Shown here: piece after piece, positions 26,178 through 38,732 of the stretch
How the letters are laid out: every line of letters starts with the position of its first letter
Position numbering within the stretch: the first letter of the stretch is position 1
Origin: Callorhinchus milii
Lineage: Eukaryota
Assembly: GCF_018977255.1 (NCBI RefSeq)
Contig: NW_024704742.1
Span: 119,538,001 to 119,602,000 of the forward strand
Length of the DNA stretch: 64,000 nt
Reading direction: 5' to 3'
Notes under the pieces: model-generated
Database searches by the model: none
What the model was told of the DNA's origin: nothing
Seen by the model: the letters and a program-made list of their open reading frames with translations, nothing else
Made by a program: the position numbers and the translations under genes

Positions 26178-27440
26178 TAGCACCGTTAGGAAGGATACAT
26201 CAGCGATGGAAAGAGTACAGAGTAGGTTTATGAGGATGATCCCAGGGCTGGCAGGTTACTGTTATCAGGACAGATTGCATAAGTTGGGCTTTTTTCCCTT
26301 AAGAGACAATTAAGTGGGGGAACCTAACAGAAGTGTTAAAGCCAGTCAGGAACCTCGGGGTTCTGTTCGACCCTGAGCTGTCCTTTCTCCCTCATATCCG
26401 CGCCACAACTGGCACCGCCTTCCATCACCTCCGGAATGTGGCCAGACTACGGCACTACCTCACCCCTCACGCTGCTGAAACTCTGGTCCACGCCTTTATC
26501 ACCTCAAGGCTGGACTATGGGAACTCTCTCCTCGACGGCCTTCCCGGCACCTCCCTCCACAAGCTGCAGGTCATTCAGAACTCTGCAGCTCGTGTACTGT
26601 CCCGCACCAGGCTTCGGACCACATCACTCCCACCCTCGCTCGCCTCCACTGGCTCCCCATCCCCCAGAGGATCGAATTCAAGATCCTCATCCTCACCTAC
26701 AAGGCCATTCACGGCCTTGCTCCCTCCTACCTCTCCACCTACTATCCCCCTACCTACCTGCCCGTACCCTCCGTTCCTCTGGCTCCGGTCTGCTCCACAT
26801 CCCCGCCCCAACCGCCCTACCATCGGTGGCCGGGCCTTCAGCCTCTCAGCCCCGAGGCTCTGGAACTCCATCCCCCAGTGCCTTCGCCGCCTCCTCCCTT
26901 TCCTCCTTCAAGGCCGGTCTCAAGACCTTTCTCTTTGACCGTGTCTTCAGCTCCCCTCTCGACTCTCTACCCCCTCCTCGCTCCCTCCCTTCCCTCCCCT
27001 CACCCTGACCATTTCCCCCCTGCTCGGGTCCTGACCCAACTGTACAGCGCCTTGGGACGTCCTCCCGACGTGAAACGCGCTCTATAAATGGAATCTTGTT
27101 GTTGTTGTTGTGTTTTAAATTATAAAACAGTTTGACAAGGTTAACATAAATAGGTCATTTCCACTGGTTGGGGAGTCCAGATACAAAAATCAGATAGCAA
27201 CTGGGGGATCTAAAAGAGAATTTAGGAGGAACTACTTCATTCAGAGTAGTGAGATTGTATGCCTCAAGCAGCAGTTAAAGTAGATGCTTTCAAGAGGAAG
27301 CTTGACTTTCACATGATGAAGAGAGGAACTGAAGGATATGGGAGGAAGTAAAGGAATGGATGGAGAGTATAAACACCGGCATGGACTGGTTGGGCTGAGC
27401 GATCTGTTTTTGTGCTGTACAGTCTGTAAATTTTTCTATG
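26178..27440 (+). mobile_element. CR1 3' fragment split by an L2 insertion
   Basis: ERVQSRFMRMIPGL-like coding remnant before 26337 and CR1 3' UTR after 27111; homologous to 59300-59760. Confidence 0.85.
26338..27110 (+). mobile_element. Young L2 LINE 3' fragment nested in a CR1
   Basis: Near-identical to the 23210-23960 part of the previous copy; CR1 sequence is interrupted at ~26337 and resumes at ~27111. Confidence 0.95.
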
Positions 27441-29103
27441 TGTTTTGTTTAGCATGGTGTCCAATTATCTGTCCCGTCTCCTTATCTGCAAAGGAGCCAG
27501 TATCAATTAGTGCAGATAATCAGCTCTCTATTGCATTGTTATCTCAAGATCATACACTCAATATTTTTTTAAAATGCAAAATTTAAAAAAAATTGCCTTA
27601 TTCAAGGATTGGAACTTAATGATTGAATCTCAATTTAATACAAAGTAGAAGTGGATTAAACAATTCATGTCACTGATCAAAACTGTGCTCAAATCAAAAA
27701 AAATAAAAATAGCAATTCATAAACAGACAATGAAAGAATAATGATCCCATTCTTAAAGCAGGTGTTTTGAATTGTCACTACAAATGAACTCAGTGCCTAC
27801 CTTTTCATCTTTATCTTTCTACGGTTTTCGTTAACACTGCATTGAATTGATTAATTTTTCTGCATTAATGGGAAAATGTTGGCCTCAGCTCTATTCAGTT
27901 TAGATTATTAGCAAACTGCAGAATCCGTTTTTATGCAAACCCAAATCTCAGTCAGCCCACTCTGTTTTATCACATGAAAGTACAGTGTGAATGTAGTAGA
28001 GAGATTTTTTCTATACCAATACTGACTGGCCTAGTCACGTCTGCAGTCAACATGTATGCACCACATTTTCCCAGCACTATTCTGCAGGTAAATCATAGAC
28101 ATATTTAGACATAGACATAACAGTTTGGGGGGCAGGCGATTAGCATTGAAGCAATTATTGCAAGCCCAGAAATGCTATCAAACTAAACATTATGGCGTGT
28201 TTATCAGGATCAGACTTATAACAGCATTTATGAAAAATGGTCAGCTTTTTCAAAAAAAAATTAGCATGTGTGGATATCAATACATGCAATATTTCCATAA
28301 AGTGAAAGATATTTTCCACACTACCACTCACTCTAGTACTTCAATATTCAAGCTTCCCAGACAGATTGCCATAAAATCATAAACATTTATTCAAACACGA
28401 TTGCTGAATACAACAGAACTCTTTGCCTCAAGCCCTCCACCTTGCCCCCTCTTTGCCCGTTTTCAGATTGCTCCTGAAGACTTTCCTCTTTGATGTGCTT
28501 ACAGTCACCTCCCATTTCTCCGCAGCTTGAAATCACACATGAAGATTCTACCCCACATGAAGGGAACTATTTAACTACTTGCATACACATTGCACCCCTC
28601 ACACAGGATTAAAAAATCTCAAAGCGCTTAGAATTGCAAGTTGTTGTTGTTGAAAGTTATACTCCATGATGTGCGGATTTTATTTTTCGCATGGGCTATT
28701 TTGACTATAGTTAAAATAGTATTTACATTATAGATATTCAATTGCTATTTGTAATTTGATCCAACGTACAGGGGAACATGAATTATCAACAATAACTGAG
28801 GGGATAATTTCTTTTGGTGAAACCGCAGCTAAAAAAAAATGTTAATGACTGCATAATGCATGCAAGAACATGCTCGGTAATGCATATTGCAAAACACAGT
28901 TAAATTAAAATGGAAATTATTCCAGAAAATCACAACATGCTGCATATAACACCTCACTTCCCTCGAGATTAGCTGGGCTTCAGAAAGTCAAGACAGCCAG
29001 AAACCACAATTGAAAATGAATATGTGTAGAGTACTAGAGCAGTATTGTATTCACTAGTACAACAGAATAAGGTGCAGAAGAAGTCAGAAAGGTGAGCTGT
29101 TAG

Positions 29104-29635
29104 AAAATAATAAAGTTAATGCTTGGTAATAGCACTTAGTGATAGTGCTCCGAGATGTAACCCTGCGTTAAGGACACTATATAAATACAAAGTGTTGTCG
29201 TAGCATCACAAATTGAATAAGCAAGTCTCATCTAGTTAGGAGTTCAAACCACATCCAGATAAATGCTCAATGTATTCACAACACAGTTCTAGAATAATTT
29301 GATTTTATCTTTAAAAAGCGATAACCAACGACGAGCTTGGTTATTTTAGGTATAAGCTTACACAACAGAGATTTAAAAACAAATGTAAAGATACTGTGTT
29401 TGCTACAATGAAAGTAAAGCTTTACCGTGTAAAATCCATGATTGAAGGAGATGTATAATTCAAATGTATGACTGAAGTAGCACACTTGAAATGTTAAATC
29501 ATTTGTTATTTACTTTATAGACCCCCTTTTGTGATGCTACAAAACACCTTGTATTCATATAGTGTCCTTCACGCAGAGTTACATCTTGGAGCTTTATTAC
29601 TAAGTGCTATTACTAAGCATTAACTTTATTATTTT
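29104..29635. repeat. ~110-bp inverted repeat with ~315-bp spacer
   Basis: 29104-29212 and 29528-29635 are reverse complements with scattered substitutions. Confidence 0.92.
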
Positions 29636-31059
29636 ACAAGTGACTATAAAAAAATGTCAACAGAAAATATTTTTAAAAATAAATAAAACAATAATTTGAT
29701 CACTCAATCCACAACTGTTTGTGGGACACTGCTGTGCACAATTGGCTGCCGCGTTTCACCCACAAATATAGTCAATTCACTTTACAGTATATTCTGTGAA
29801 GCGCTCTGAGACATCTAGAAGACAAATACAAGGATTATTATTATTATTAAAAGAACCAAAATGCACCTGCTCTTTGATCTATCTAAACAATACACACTTT
29901 TTATGTTTAATTCATAGCCAGTTCAAACCCAAGATTTCTTTTGGAGTATAAAAGCAAATGAAGTATGCATCTTGAGAGGATTTAATACTTTTTCTTTTGA
30001 AGGTTAAAAAAAGGTATTTTATTTTGATCTCCTTCACCTTCATTCCTAGCCAAGACAGCATTGGGAATACCAGTGTGTGCCTCACACACAAAACAGATTG
30101 AAATGTGCAGTTCATCTCCCTAAAGATACAGAAAAGTCAAGAGGGCAAGTCAATTGATAGCACTGAAAGCCACATTGATAAAAGTCTGAGAACAGAGAAC
30201 AAATCACCTGTAATACAATTTATCAGTTGCCTTATGCTACCGATAACATAATTCTGATTTTTGAATTAAAGAAACATTTGAATCACAGAGCACATTAATT
30301 CACAATCACAATAATCATTGAATGAGGCGAAATAAAATTTGTAAGCACCTTACAGAGAGGGAAAATTCAAGCTTCCTAAATAGATGGGGAGATAGGTAGC
30401 AGTTGAAGTTTAATATAGAGAAATACAACGTGATTCACTTTGGCAGGAAGAATAAAGAAGCCGACCATATCATGTATATACGACCTAAGAGGGGTAGAGA
30501 AAAGATGTATAAGTATTCTGTAAGGAAAGCATTAACTTAGAATGGTAGCTACGGGGATTGATGCAGAAAAACACCGCAGACTTGGCTTTGTTTACCAGGA
30601 ACGTACCTTCTGATATGCAGAAGTGGAGAGAACACTGGAAGAAAATGTTTTAGTTGGCATCGATCACCTGGACACTTGGCAGTTTGAACTCTGCCGGTAA
30701 AAGTGTCCTCCAGCAGTATATGTGCTATTCTATTGGATTGGGTGTTAGAATACCAATCAGGTATAACAATGGAGAGCTCAGTCAAGTACAATGAGATGAA
30801 GATCATCTGACTCCTCACTCTACCAAGCGTGAAGGGTGCTATATAAATGCAAGTTGTTGTTGTAACTGCCTGCTACTCTCCCAGGCATAGGTGATTGATC
30901 AATACTTAATTCCCTGATATCACTAGTTGCTCCCATTATTGCATCTTGCAGTAGTATAATCATTGAATGTGGACCTATAATAAAGTAAACAATTGTTTAA
31001 CATCCAAATTGTATGCACATTATTTCATCATTAATTAAATAATAAAAGTACACTTTGGA

Positions 31060-31737
31060 TTCACTAGACTCAAAGTGTCAGCACAGACAAGGCAATAAAG
31101 AATGAAAATAGAATCCTTGGCTTTGTGTGCAGAGGAATGGAGTACAAAAGTAGGGAAGTAATGTTGCATTTATATAAAACCTTGGTTGGACCACATTTGG
31201 AGTACTGTGTGAGGTTCTGGCCGCCCTACTACAGGAAGGATATTGTACCATTGAAGAGAATACAGAGTAGATCGTTCCCAGCATGAGTGGACACAGCGAT
31301 CAAGAAAGAATGGACAGGTCAGATCTTTCCTCTCTGGAGATGAGTCAATTGAGAGGGGATCTGACAGATAGAGGTGTTTAAAATTATGAAAGGATTCAAT
31401 AAGGTAAACATGAATTGGCTGTTTCCAATTGTTGGGAATTCCAAAATGAAAGGGTATAAATATAAAGTAGCTAATAACAGAACTAAAAGGAAGTTTAGGA
31501 ATAACTTCTCTATGCAGAGGCTGGTGAGAATGTGGAATTGGCTGCTGAAACTGTAATTCAAGCAAAAAGTCAACATATTTAAAAGGAAACTTGATGTCTA
31601 CATGAGGGAGAATAAGGTAGAGTGATGTGGGAGACGGATTAGGAGGGTTGAGGTTAATGTGGAGTATAAACACTAACATGGACTAATTGGGCCAAAGGAC
31701 CTGTTTCCATGCTGCAAAGTTCTCTGTAATTCTGTGT
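31060..31737 (+). mobile_element. Decayed CR1 3' fragment
   Basis: LYKTLVGPHLEYCVRFW and FKIMKGFNKVN remnants plus CR1 3' UTR. Confidence 0.88.
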
Positions 31738-32606
31738 CATCAAACTCCATCATGACAATTTCAGGAGAGTTGTCGGAAAGTATTTCTTTGCCCAGAGTGC
31801 AATGAATAGAACAGGCTTACCAGAAAGGGTGTTTGAGGCCAGGACACTAAATTTATTTCAAGAACAGTTTAATACTGTGATGGGATGACCATATGGTAGG
31901 TATTTTGGAAGGATGGGAGCAAAGGGTTAAAGGTTGTTTTAATCCAAACTTCTCTTGTGATCTTGAAGAACAAAAGAATGAAAACATTAAGATTAATTCA
32001 GTCAAAAAAAGGCTCATTTAGAGAAAAACACAGTGCAGACTTGACGGGCCAAATGGCTGGTTTAAGGTCCGCCTCAAGCTCTCTCTCGTTAACCACATCT
32101 TCAATCATTCTCTCACGCCACCCCCACCCCTCCCAAATCCAACCCCCAGCTCAGGTGCAAATCCTCGATTGTCCAGTCTTTTGGGATGTCCTCCTGACAT
32201 GAAAGCGCTGTGTAAAAGAAATTTGTTGTTCTGTGCTGTAACTTTATAATTCTAATCCACCATAAGTGGTGAGGTACCATTCCCCAGAGAATCTTCTGCA
32301 CAACAGGCAACTCTGTGGGCAGCCACCCTGTGTTCACACCATTGGACAACTTTAGGATGCCATGTATAAGGAAAACAACTCAGAGGTAGGTTGAAAAAGG
32401 AGTTTACAAAGTTTGCTAAATGCTCTGATGTTTAGCTCAATTACTTTTGAGGATGCAGAGACATTTTCTATTACCTACTTCTCACAAGATAAAATAAGGA
32501 GCACGATAAGGATGTTAAACCGCATTGTGTGGAATGAATTGGCTTGATGGGCTGATTAGCTTTGCTCATTCCATGCTTTTTCTTCTTAAAAGCGCACTAA
32601 CAGATA

Positions 32607-32720
32607 AAACACAAAATACTGAAGATGCCGGAAATCTGAAACAAAAACAGAAGTTGCTGGGAATACTCAGCAGGTCAGGCAGCATCTATGGAGAAAGGAA
32701 AGTGAGTCAACGTAATAATA
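32607..32720 (-). mobile_element. Short dispersed element of the same family with 13-bp target-site duplication
   Basis: Flanked by GCACTAACAGATA (32594-32606) and GCACTAATAGATA (32721-32733); core CTCAGCAGGTCAGGCAGCATCTATGGA. Confidence 0.8.
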
Positions 32721-33646
32721 GCACTAATAGATAGATGGGTAGCACTGACCATGTATTCTTAGAAATCGTGATACATTACATGGGAAACAATAATCTACAA
32801 TGTCGACCGTTAGTTAAGTTTAATCAGACTTGTCACGCAATTTAAGATGAGTTCCATTTGGCCCAAGAACCCAACCACATTGTTTGGCATCAATTTCAGC
32901 CTCTTTTCTTTTTCTTCAATGACGTCTGGCTTTATCAAAAATCTGATATCAAGGGAAGGAAGCAGCTTTAAGTCTTTTTTTCTCCTGATATTTATCAGTC
33001 ATACATGGCAACACATTACGGTCCAGGAATATTGAGACATCCAATGAAATATCACAAACTGCAGATAAAAAATAGACGATTTCAGTGCTGCACGGATTTC
33101 ACAATACAAAATTGTTCAGGTAATGCGCAAAAGATGTTGAGCTCTTCATATTTCAATCTGATACACTCCATTACTGGAAATGTTTTTAAAAATAATTGCT
33201 CCACACTGTTTCCCCCCCCACTCCACACATTCCTTTGACAACTGATAATCAGCCTACTAACAAGCAACACAAACACAGCACAAGTGCTGTTTATGGTTTC
33301 AGTCAGCGAGTGGCTGAAATGCACAGAAACCTTACATCTGTCTTGTCTTTCAGCCACTAAGAAACCTACTATAACAGAATTATGTTTCTCTTAGTCTGCC
33401 TAACTTGAGAAGGTTAAAAGTCATTCTACATGTATATAACCAGAGCTCACAAGCACAGTACGGCAGAAGCTAAAGCAATGTGTCAGCTATGTATATAGGC
33501 GAGACACTGTCTGGCCTATATAAATGCAAGTTGTTGTTGGTGTGCAACTTCTCACTACAAAGTATTGGTAAGCTTCCCATTGTTTGTATACCTGAGATCA
33601 TTAATGTATCAGAAGAATCACTGTTTTCAGTGACATTCGCAAGACA

Positions 33647-34030
33647 GGATGAATGTAGCTCAGTGGTTAGAGCACTTGCCTCGCAAGTGAGAGACCTGGG
33701 TTCCCAGCGCTTCCCGGGCAGGGTGAAACGTTGGGCAAGTTTCCTTACTCCACACGCCTCTGTTCACCTAGCAGGAAGTAGGAACCCAGTTGTTAGTCGA
33801 TTGGTGGATTGCTTTTCCTGGGCTAATAATTCCTTCAACAAAAATAATAAATAAATAAATTGGTCACTCAATCCACAACTGTCGGTGGCACACTGCTGTG
33901 CACAATTGGCTGCCACATTTCGCCCACAAAATATACAGTCAATTCCCTTTACAGCATATTCTGTGAAGCGCTTTGAGACGTATCAAAGATGTTATAAGGC
34001 GCTATATCAAATGCAATGATGATTATTATT
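33647..34030 (+). mobile_element. Full-length tRNA-derived SINE (family A)
   Basis: Head GGATGAATGTAGCTCAGTGGTTAGAGCAC with A box and degenerate B box; 3' GCTGTGCACAATTGGCTGCC Deu-like block; tail AAGGCGCTATATCAAATGCAA(TTA)n. Other copies at 46335-46630 (-), 11170-11335 (-), 29695-29848 (+), 61710-61875 (-), 63920-64000 (-). Confidence 0.9.
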
Positions 34031-34863
34031 GTTATCTCAACATTTGGCTTTAATCTATTCCAATCACAGTAAAAGTTTGAAATGGTAACAGTCACTTTCA
34101 ACTCAAATAACTAACGTTTGCAAGACTGCTCCAGAACATTGAGTATTTTGATCCTAATACTGCTCTAGCAACTAACTACCGCACCACTGAGAACACACTG
34201 CACTAATTAGATAATAGTGTTTAGTCATAGCATAGTAGGAAGTTAAACACAGTGTGTTAACCTATAATTAATGTAAACAAAAACTAGATTCTCCTTCATT
34301 GCTAGAATTTTCGGTGCAAGGACTCCTCAGATTCCGCAACACACTTACATTATCCTTTAGCACATCAACGACATAATTGTTTTTTCAGATGTAAACCTTC
34401 TTAGGTCTTGATACAAAATTATAAACCGGTTAACAGTGAGGATCTCAGTGTCTCAAACTTTTATGCTCCTCTCAGTTTTCGAGAGAGCTCATGGTCTCGA
34501 GACCTCATGGTCCCTACTCTGATATCTATTAAGACGCAATGGTACATCTCAGAAAACACATTCCACATTTGGAACCGGGAGGACGGCAAGACAACAAGAA
34601 ACCTATAATTCTACACAACACTGCCAGACTAGAATGGCAGCAACACCAAAGAAAAGCTTAAGAGAAAAAAAGCAGTTAAGCAGAATAAAGCGCTAAAAGG
34701 TAAAGGATATACTTATCAAGTGCAGATACGGAAAACATAAACAGACTCAAAAACAAGGGATGCCAACACAACAGGCATCCTGTGTTGGATTTGGTGAACT
34801 TATGACCTTTCTTCTTGGCTTGGGTTTCACTCTGGCAGCCTGAAAAGAGCATCGTGTCCTTAC

Positions 34864-34944
34864 CTCCAAAAGTGGAAAGCATGGAGTGGACTGCATGGAC
34901 TGCATGGGCTTGTAGGAGTAGGACTCAAGCTTCTTGGCGTGAGG
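34864..34944 (-). CDS. MAST4: MAST4 81-nt symmetric (phase 2/2) exon: LTPRSLSPTPTSPCSPCSPLHAFHFW(S)
   Basis: ttattttaactttcag|C CTC ACG CCA AGA AGC TTG AGT CCT ... CAC TTT TGG AG|gtaagg. Open in frame with both upstream exons; resembles recalled MAST4 LTPRSLSPTPSSPGSPCSPLLAFHFWS and MAST3 SSPCSPCSP motifs. Confidence 0.9.
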
Positions 34945-35732
34945 CTGAAAGTTAAAATAATGTCAAGTCTAAATCAGAAGATTGCCTTTCCCCATATATC
35001 ATAACTGTAGTACTGTATATGGATGTAGCAAACACAAAAGAGTAGTAGGATTTGATGTTTCTCAGTTAAATGATGTTACCAGCTGGACACAGACATTTAG
35101 TGTTCATCAGCAATTTAAGTCAGAATGCACTGCCATAAGACACGATTAGAATAGTTATCTCATAACTCAATGTCTGCAACATATCATCATTTAACAATTA
35201 TATGAATCATTCAAAGCAAGTTGAATTTTGCAAAATGTGGGGATGGTTTACTTTTAATAGGCTGTGCTCTCTTTAAATGTTCCACTTGCTGCATATTTCA
35301 TGCTAAAAGCTGCATTCTGTAGTATATTTGCAAATATAAAAACATTAGCAAATATTTTAAAACATTTCTGTTGAGTTTCTGGAGTTGAAAATCTACAGTG
35401 CTTAAAATATCAATATAACTTAATAAAAGTTTAACAATTCACAATCTTAAAATTGATATACTAAAATGGCTACTACTACCCTGTTGCAATTCTTTCCCCT
35501 TTCAGTGAAAGGTGTGAATTTTAAAGGCAGCGACATATCACATCAGGATATAAATAAATAATAGAATTTACAGGAAGTTATATTATAAGCCATTGCATTT
35601 AAAAATCTTTCACTGAAAGGAGAAAGAATTGCAGTGATTTCAGTGAGGAAAAGAACAATCTACTGAGTGAATTATTGTACTGTATTCACGAGACTTCTCC
35701 AAGTAGTATAGGGATGCAGAATTATAGATTAA

Positions 35733-36337
35733 TAACAATCCTTACATTTGATGTAGTGCCTTGGCACATCAGAAGGTCATCTTAAAGCACTTTGCAGGAT
35801 TTACTGTAAAGTTTAGTGTCTTTGTATTTTGTAGCAGAACACAGCAGTGTCCCACAAACAGTCATGACATAATGACCAATTTCATCCAGGGGATTGTTGG
35901 CCTAGGACAATGGGAGGAAGTCTCTTTTCTTTTTGAATAATGCCATGGGATGAAAAACATCTACCTGAACAGGCAGACAGGATCTTGGTTTAATGTCTCA
36001 TGAAGGATGCCACCTCCAATAGTGCAGCACTGTATTGGAGTGTCAAATTAGAGTTTGAATTCAACCCCTCAACCTCGGCCCCTCCTTCCCCATCTTCAGG
36101 TCGTGCCTGAAGACTTTCCTTTTCGACCACACCTATGGTCACCTTCCCCTAACCCTGGCTCGGCCTTGGGCTCCACCAATGTTAAGCTCTCTGAGACGCC
36201 GCCCGGTGTGGAAGACACTATATAAGTGCAAGTTGTTGTTGTTGAGTTAAAAATCCTGAAATTGGGGGAAATGGGGCTTAAACTCACAACCGCCTGACTC
36301 AGAGGTAAGAATGCAACCAACTGAGCCAGGCTGACAC
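35733..36337 (-). mobile_element. Family B SINE interrupted by a plus-strand L2 tail (about 36062-36244)
   Basis: SINE tail at 35733 and head at 36270-36337 flank an L2 3' end terminating in (TTG)n. Confidence 0.8.
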
Positions 36338-37211
36338 TCATATTAAATGGAAGCTCCAAATAAACTTAGCTATAGATATTAAAAATAAAATATATATCTG
36401 GCATGTTGAGGTACACCATATTGTGCCATGCAATGGGAGAACATTGATGTCTCTACACATTGATGTCTCTACACGTTGATGTTTCCCATGGTTTTCTACA
36501 CAGTGTGAGTTCCCAATCTTGGCCGCGTCACTGAAAAGCAGTGCAAACAGTAGGTTGAGGCTAGAAACTACTTTGATGGAAGAAAGAAAAATTGGAGAGA
36601 TTCCCATTCTGGATCCAATATTATCAGATCTAACATTTGCTCACAATTTAATCAATCACCTTCAAAAGGGAATTTATTGTAGGTATGTTGAATGGGTTTG
36701 GAATACAATTTCAGATGTTCAAGTGTTTACACCTTGACTGAATCGATAGCGCTGTTGAAAAGAGAACTGTAGTAAGGACTGAACAGTAAAAATATTGAAG
36801 GAGATGGAGAAAAGAGCTGGAAAGTGAAATTAACCATAAAAAGGTGGTTTGGGAAAAGGGGTGGTAATGGCTCAGCCACAATGGGCTGAATAGCTCTCTT
36901 CTATGAAGCGCATATTTTGGTTTCTGTGCTCTTCCTATATATTTCCTAGCAATCAATCGTAGAGAGCTAATGGTAAACGGCTGGAAGCAGGCTGCAACCC
37001 ATGCCGTCAGAATGGACATGGTTCATCACCCAGGAAATCACCCAAGTGTAATATTTTATAATATTTTATATTTTTCTCTTGTACATTTTTATGCGACATA
37101 CGTAGAAAACACTATTTACTGGTATAGGCATCCAATTGCTTAGATCTGGGTTAAAATTTTAAGATTTATGACAGTTAGTTATACATTTAAAAACAATATT
37201 TTGAACCGACT

Positions 37212-37613
37212 GGTGTCAGCCCAGCTCAGCTTGTAGCATTCTTACTTTTGAATCAGAAGGTTGTGGATTCAAGCACCACGTTGGGACTTGGAACCCATAT
37301 AGTATATGCTGACACCCCAATGTTGTACTACGTTGTCAGAGGTGCAGTTCGTCAGAAGAGACGTTAAACCAAGGTCTGCCTGACCAGGTGGACGTTAAAG
37401 ACTGGAAAGAAAAGGAAGTTTCTCCCAGTGTCCTAGCCAACAATCCCCCAAGTAGAGTTAGTTGTTCAATCTATGGGCCATTTGTGGATTTGTGAATCAT
37501 TGCTGTGAGCAAACTGACTGCTATATTTGCCCACAAAGCACATCACTTTAGAGTACATCCTGCAAAGCACTCGATGACATGATAAGCCGCTATATCAAAT
37601 GCAAGAATTATTA
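37212..37613 (+). mobile_element. Older Deu-domain tRNA SINE (family B)
   Basis: GTGTCAGCCCAGCTCAGCTTGTAGCA...AGAAGGTTGTGGATTCAAG head, GAGACGTTAAACCAAGG body and the same tail as family A. Related pieces at 5048-5175, 15240-15490, 16480-16612, 38770-39015, 39330-39590, 56930-57060 and 57350-57670. Confidence 0.82.
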
Positions 37614-38311
37614 TGCTACACACAGAGAAGCGGAATATGTACAGTTTCAAGAAATAAAAACAGGAGGAAATTCTGATTTTTTTGTAAAAAAAAATATTAA
37701 ATTGTGCAGCAATATTAAATCCAAGTAAAAAAATCGCTATCTGCTGATGATATGTTCAATCGGCGCTGGAAAAAAGGTAAGATCAATACCAGATCAGTCA
37801 CTTTGTTTTCTATCAAATCAGCACAGAGTTGCTTGCCATGCTGGCAGAATGTACAAATTGTTCCAAGGCCAAGGATTCAGATTTCATGTGGGAGCCTAAA
37901 AAGCAATTATACACTTCAGGTCCCACATTTTATAGTTAAGTGAATGAAAATCACGAGCCACAAATCTGTATTTCAGCTTTAAACCACAGCAATCAGCAAA
38001 TGCATTGAGAACACAAAGCACCATAAATCAGCCAGTTCAATGTCAAGCAACCTTCAAGTGATAATGAATTCCTTTTACTGATGGTCTAATACTGTGAAAT
38101 AGACCATTAGCCTTACTTTATTTATTTTATTGTATTATCCATTTACTGCAAAAGAAATGTCTATTTTACAACTAGTTCCCATTTGATACTATGAATCCAA
38201 TAAGTACTGGAAACATTAGGTTTTAACAATTTTCAGTCCAAATGTAGAAATCGATTAGAGATAGTAATATAAAAGTATTAAATAGTTAAGACCAATTCAA
38301 AATATTATAAT

Positions 38312-38732
38312 AAAATCCTTGCATTTGGTATAGGGTCTTTTCACATCGTTGAAACACCTCAAAGCACTTCACAGCGTATGCTGTAAAGTGTAGTGATGGT
38401 GTATTTTGTAGAATGAGCAGCTAATTTTGCACAGTGATGTCCCACAAACAGCCATGAAGTGAATGCCCAATTTTATCCAGGATTGTTGTCCAGGAAAGTG
38501 GGTGAATCTCCCTTCTCTTTTCGAATAGTATCATGGAATCTTTAACATGCAAGTGAACAGGAAGATAAGATGTCGGTTAACATCTCATCCGAAAGCCAAC
38601 AACTCCAACAATACAGGACTCTCCTAATACCGACCTGGAGTGTCAGCCTGAACGTTGAGCTCAAAGTCCAAACGTGGGGCTTGAACCCACAACCTTCTAA
38701 CTCAGAGGCGAGAGTGCTACCAACTGAGCCAG
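38312..38732 (-). mobile_element. Family B Deu-domain SINE, near full length
   Basis: Reverse-complement homology to 37212-37613; head CTCAGAGGCGAGAGTGCTACCAACTGAGCCA. Confidence 0.82.

Noticed and set aside
33647..33720. tRNA gene
   Set aside because: Degenerate T arm and direct continuation into a SINE body and tail.
36441..36482. 16-bp tandem repeat CATTGATGTCTCTACA
   Set aside because: Simple local slippage duplication with no spacers; not CRISPR-like.
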